Notes under the pieces: generated by a model | Told to the model about the DNA's origin: nothing | The model's database searches: none | What the model saw: only the letters and a program-made list of their open reading frames with translations | Assembly: GCA_002794465.1 (NCBI GenBank) | Contig: MTSL01000178.1 | Coordinates: forward strand, 127,609 to 159,608 | From: Paramicrosporidium saccamoebae KSL3 | Taxonomy: Eukaryota > Fungi > Cryptomycota | Length of the DNA stretch: 32,000 bases | Direction of reading: 5' to 3' | Shown here: piece after piece, positions 28,686-32,000 of the stretch | Layout: every line of letters begins with the position of its first letter | Numbering within the stretch: the first letter of the stretch is position 1 | Translations under genes and position numbers: made by a program

Positions 28686-30008
28686 CTATTTCTGCTTCTT
28701 CTTCTCCAATAGGGCCAATAGTTTTCGGACCTCAGTCATTGTAATGCCAATGGATGCGGCCACGGTGAGATAGGCGTGCGGATAGGCCGTATGATGAGTC
28801 CCAAATGGCTGTCCCATTCGGACGAGACGCGCTCCCGAGACGGAACGATGGAATAGACGTGCGCCAAGCATATCGTCAGTTGGATCTACTACGAGGGCTA
28901 TAGATATGTCATTGGAGGGTGTCTCCAAGACTCGATGGCTCAAGCAGAGTCCCTCCTTCAATGCCTTGAAACAGTCGATCCGTTGCTGCAATAATTGACG
29001 GTAACCAACGGCTCCCATGGACAGCAAGGTGATGAGCAGATCGAGAAGGGGTGAAATGCTGGCTCGGCCTGGATAGAGAGCAGCCACTTCGGCACAAAGG
29101 ACGTCTGCTCCAAAGACAATCGATCCTCCAACGGGAACCATGAAATTCTTGTCGCTGCTCTGTATCACTGCCGTCACTAAACCCCGACGGATGGCTTCAT
29201 TTAGTTGCTTGGTGACAACATTGGATTGCAATCCGTAGGCATTGTTGACCACTTGGGGGATGGCGTAGAGCTGACACAATTCTCCAATTGCACATATATT
29301 GTCACAGCCTCGTGGTGCAAAGCAACTGCTGGTTGCCACCACTGCTGCAATATTTTCTGCGCCCAGACGGCCAATGGTTGTCTCGAGGGCATTCAAATCT
29401 GTACTCACTTGATCCCTCATCAGACAGTTCTCCACCACCACCAGTTCCAGTCCCGTAAAGCTGACACATTTCACACACGATTTCTGGTCGATTCTCGGCA
29501 TCAGTACATAGCGACTTTTGGGACGTCGAAGGGCTATTACTCGCAATACACAGGCCAATCCCATTCCTGTGGCTACCGGCAGCACTAGCACACCTCCCAA
29601 CATTCCCAATTGTAGACCTGCCACCTTGATTGCCTGTTTCACCAGCTTGGTGGTAATAATCTGTATGAGGGAAGATCCGGGGGCTTTGGGCTGCACCTCT
29701 GTCAGTTCACCTGACCGGCCAATGCCATGGGCCAGACCAAAATGTCTTCTTTTCACGATTCCCGAGTATACTCGTCCTTCCCGCTCACCCGCTCCGCAAG
29801 AGTCTGGGTTGTTGTTTGCGTCCATGCATGCGAGCTTGTTTATAATAAACTCAATGGTGCTGTCATCGTATCCTTTTGAGGGCAGGGTCGGGTTGCCTAG
29901 AAAGTCCAGAAACAGCTTTTCCCGCTTCTCCACTGCCTGTCCCGCCTGTTGCAATACGCTCTCTCCACACTGGTCTAATTGACTGCCAATAACTGTCTGT
30001 GCTCTCAT
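28686..30008 (-). CDS. SEPSECS: O-phosphoseryl-tRNA(Sec) selenium transferase (eukaryotic selenocysteine synthase)
   Basis: Colinear with eukaryotic SepSecS: MDANN..GAGEREGRV, HGIGRSG..VQPKAPGSS, PVATGM, PRIDQKSC, SCFAPR, VNNAYG, PLP-lysine motif SSDKNFMVPVGG, YPGRAS, VSGAR, YPHAYL. Confidence 0.96.
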   Translation of the reverse strand: MRAQTVIGSQLDQCGESVLQQAGQAVEKREKLFLDFLGNPTLPSKGYDDSTIEFIINKLACMDANNNPDSCGAGEREGRVYSGIVKRRHFGLAHGIGRSGELTEVQPKAPGSSLIQIITTKLVKQAIKVAGLQLGMLGGVLVLPVATGMGLACVLRVIALRRPKSRYVLMPRIDQKSCVKCVSFTGLELVVVENCLMRDQVSTDLNALETTIGRLGAENIAAVVATSSCFAPRGCDNICAIGELCQLYAIPQVVNNAYGLQSNVVTKQLNEAIRRGLVTAVIQSSDKNFMVPVGGSIVFGADVLCAEVAALYPGRASISPLLDLLITLLSMGAVGYRQLLQQRIDCFKALKEGLCLSHRVLETPSNDISIALVVDPTDDMLGARLFHRSVSGARLVRMGQPFGTHHTAYPHAYLTVAASIGITMTEVRKLLALLEKKKQK

Positions 30009-30046
30009 TGGCGGGATTACAATTAGTCGCCCTCCCCTTGTCAGCC

Positions 30047-32000
30047 ATGGAATTTGAACTCGGCAAATTGACGCCAGTCTCCGACACCACTGTCCATTCG
30101 GCCTTTTCCGACCATGCCCATTCTCCGCCCAAACGGGGACCCGGACGACCCCGCGGCAGCACTACTAAGAAGCTAAAAGCCCTCGAGGCCCTGTTTAATG
30201 ACCCCAATATCATGGCGGCCGGCCGGAGGAGCACCAAGACCAGTCCCACCTTGGGCGAGGCCGAGACTACTGCCGAATTCCATCGTGCCTGTCAGTATGG
30301 ACAGGTTGGATTGGTCGACTCTATGGTGCGCAAGGACAAGGTCGATGTCAATTGTCGCGATTCCTCCCTCAATACTCCATTGCATGAGGCCGTCAGCCAT
30401 AGACAGGTGCAGGTAGTCACCATGCTCCTCAAATTTGGTGCCGATCCTGAGGCCGAAAATATTATTGGAGAAAAGCCCGTCTCCCTCGCCGGTGTCCATG
30501 AAATTGTTGAGCTGTTGGCAGATTTTTCACAGTGCAGCAAAGAGGCCGAGGTTGAGTCGCTGTTTCGGTATTGTTGGCTGGGACAGATTTTAAATTTGCA
30601 CAGGAAATGGATTGGCGACAATGAAGATGCAAACCTTGTTGACAAGAATGGCTCTACTGGCTTGCATTATGCAGCAATTAGAGATTATGCCCAGGTGGCC
30701 GGGATGCTAATCTCTGCCGGAATCGACATTAATGCGGCAAACAAGAAAGGAAACACGGCATTGCATGAGGCTTGTCGTTTCTCATCTCCCGAAACATTAC
30801 GGCTCCTGCTCGAGGCGGGGGCCCTTTACTCCATTTTGAACAATTCTGGACACTCGCCCATTTATTATGCCAGCAAGGCCCTCCGAAGGGTGTTTCGGAA
30901 ATTTGCCCGTGACAAGGGCATTGACGACCCCGATTTCCTTTTGGCAGCGAGTACTCAGCGCTATGTGGAAGTGTCCGAGGGCGATGCCGAGGAAGAAGAC
31001 GAAGCGGAAGAGTCGGGTATAATGATTAATCATCGGTTGGGAGGGTTGACGAGGGAAGAACGGAAATTGCAGCAGATGTTGGCCATTTTCAGTAGGTCAG
31101 TGTCGGGTGAGGTGGAGGGGAAGCGGAAAAAGTTGTCGAATCGGTCTCGTCCTCAGAACAGCGGAATTGTGACTGAGGAGGAACTGACCCCGCCCAGGCC
31201 ATCCAGACCAAGGAATCATGGCCGGCCGGTGAGAATAGATCCGACATATGTTGACAAGTCCTCCGGGAGGACACAACTTCACAAATTTGCTGCTCGGGGG
31301 AAACTGACAGAAATTGCCGATTTATTAAAACTTGATGACAGTCTCATCCAGCGAACTGACAACGGCGGCTATTTGGCTTTGCATGAAGCCTGTCTCGGGG
31401 GACAGCTAGGGGCTGTGAAGGCTCTAATTGAAGCCGGTTCAAATATCAACGCCACCTCCAATAATGGCGATACGCCTCTGCATGATGCAGTGGAAAATGT
31501 GCATGTGGATATTGTAAAATATTTATTGTCCAAAGGTGCCGATACCAAGGCAAAGAATAAGAATGGAGACCGACCCATTGATGTTTCCAAAGATGCGCAA
31601 ATAGTCGATATCCTACGGGGCACTAACAAGTTGTCTGACTTGGACTTTTATGATCCCGACTTCAAATCACGTGGCCGTAAGGCGCACAGCACAAAGTTGC
31701 ACGACTCGAAGGAACCGAAAGAATCAAAGGAATCGAAAGATTTTGATTCTAAACCACCCGGCTCAGAGTCTGAGGAAACCGGGACACCCAGGAGATCATC
31801 TCGACGTGCTCCGATAGAGGCTGGTCTAGATAAGCTTTTTGGAAAGACAAATGGTCGCAAGATTATTGAAATTGTCACCAATGAACCGCTGGTACAACTT
31901 CACTGTGGGGCCACCGATATGGAAAATGCTGGCTGGTACTACCTGGGGGCCCAAGCCGATGCCCTCTTCCAGAAATCCTTCCATCCTCTCCGTCTCCAAG
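30047..32000 (+). CDS. AT-hook + ankyrin-repeat protein, 3'-truncated by the window end (absent from the ORF track)
   Basis: Frame open from ATG 30047 to the window end: KRGPGRPRGS AT-hook; two clusters of ankyrin repeats (NTPLHEAV, STGLHYAA, NTALHEAC, YLALHEAC, DTPLHDAV). Confidence 0.88.
   Translation, partial: MEFELGKLTPVSDTTVHSAFSDHAHSPPKRGPGRPRGSTTKKLKALEALFNDPNIMAAGRRSTKTSPTLGEAETTAEFHRACQYGQVGLVDSMVRKDKVDVNCRDSSLNTPLHEAVSHRQVQVVTMLLKFGADPEAENIIGEKPVSLAGVHEIVELLADFSQCSKEAEVESLFRYCWLGQILNLHRKWIGDNEDANLVDKNGSTGLHYAAIRDYAQVAGMLISAGIDINAANKKGNTALHEACRFSSPETLRLLLEAGALYSILNNSGHSPIYYASKALRRVFRKFARDKGIDDPDFLLAASTQRYVEVSEGDAEEEDEAEESGIMINHRLGGLTREERKLQQMLAIFSRSVSGEVEGKRKKLSNRSRPQNSGIVTEEELTPPRPSRPRNHGRPVRIDPTYVDKSSGRTQLHKFAARGKLTEIADLLKLDDSLIQRTDNGGYLALHEACLGGQLGAVKALIEAGSNINATSNNGDTPLHDAVENVHVDIVKYLLSKGADTKAKNKNGDRPIDVSKDAQIVDILRGTNKLSDLDFYDPDFKSRGRKAHSTKLHDSKEPKESKESKDFDSKPPGSESEETGTPRRSSRRAPIEAGLDKLFGKTNGRKIIEIVTNEPLVQLHCGATDMENAGWYYLGAQADALFQKSFHPLRLQ

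Overview
Gene-dense eukaryotic DNA. About 18 protein-coding genes are packed with intergenic gaps mostly of 11-450 bp, and there is one isolated 5S rRNA gene. Eight canonical GT..TAG introns were reconstructed by hand; seven are 28-36 nt and one is 67 nt. Compaction, micro-introns and fungal/opisthokont-type genes suggest an early-diverging fungus-like lineage, possibly Rozellomycota or a microsporidia relative (inference). It is not a canonical microsporidian, since a peroxisomal ABCD transporter is retained. Recognisable genes: CoA-Nudix hydrolase, S33-like alpha/beta hydrolase, Ste24-like M48 protein, UBX protein, PP1 inhibitor-2 (spliced, missed by the ORF track), CAT-type amino-acid permease, ABCD transporter, SPT6, Emp47/ERGIC-53 lectin, RPS2, ELP2, ubiquitin-L40, divergent PiT/Pho89 transporter, UAP56-binding-motif protein, SepSecS and a truncated AT-hook/ankyrin gene. 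Main highlights: (1) a 31-nt intron joins ORFs 9150-10517 and 10597-11859 into one 892-aa protein, fusing ZZ-ePHD-ZZ chromatin-reader domains to a prokaryotic-type amino (N6A/N4C) methyltransferase plus a degenerate second MTase copy; (2) a full-length SepSecS, implying selenocysteine synthesis, which is rare in fungi; (3) a two-copy structured non-coding element; (4) an identical 14-nt motif in the 5'-UTR introns of both ribosomal protein genes; (5) apparently de-activated Ste24 and PiT homologues. All assignments come from motif recognition by eye; no database searches were run.
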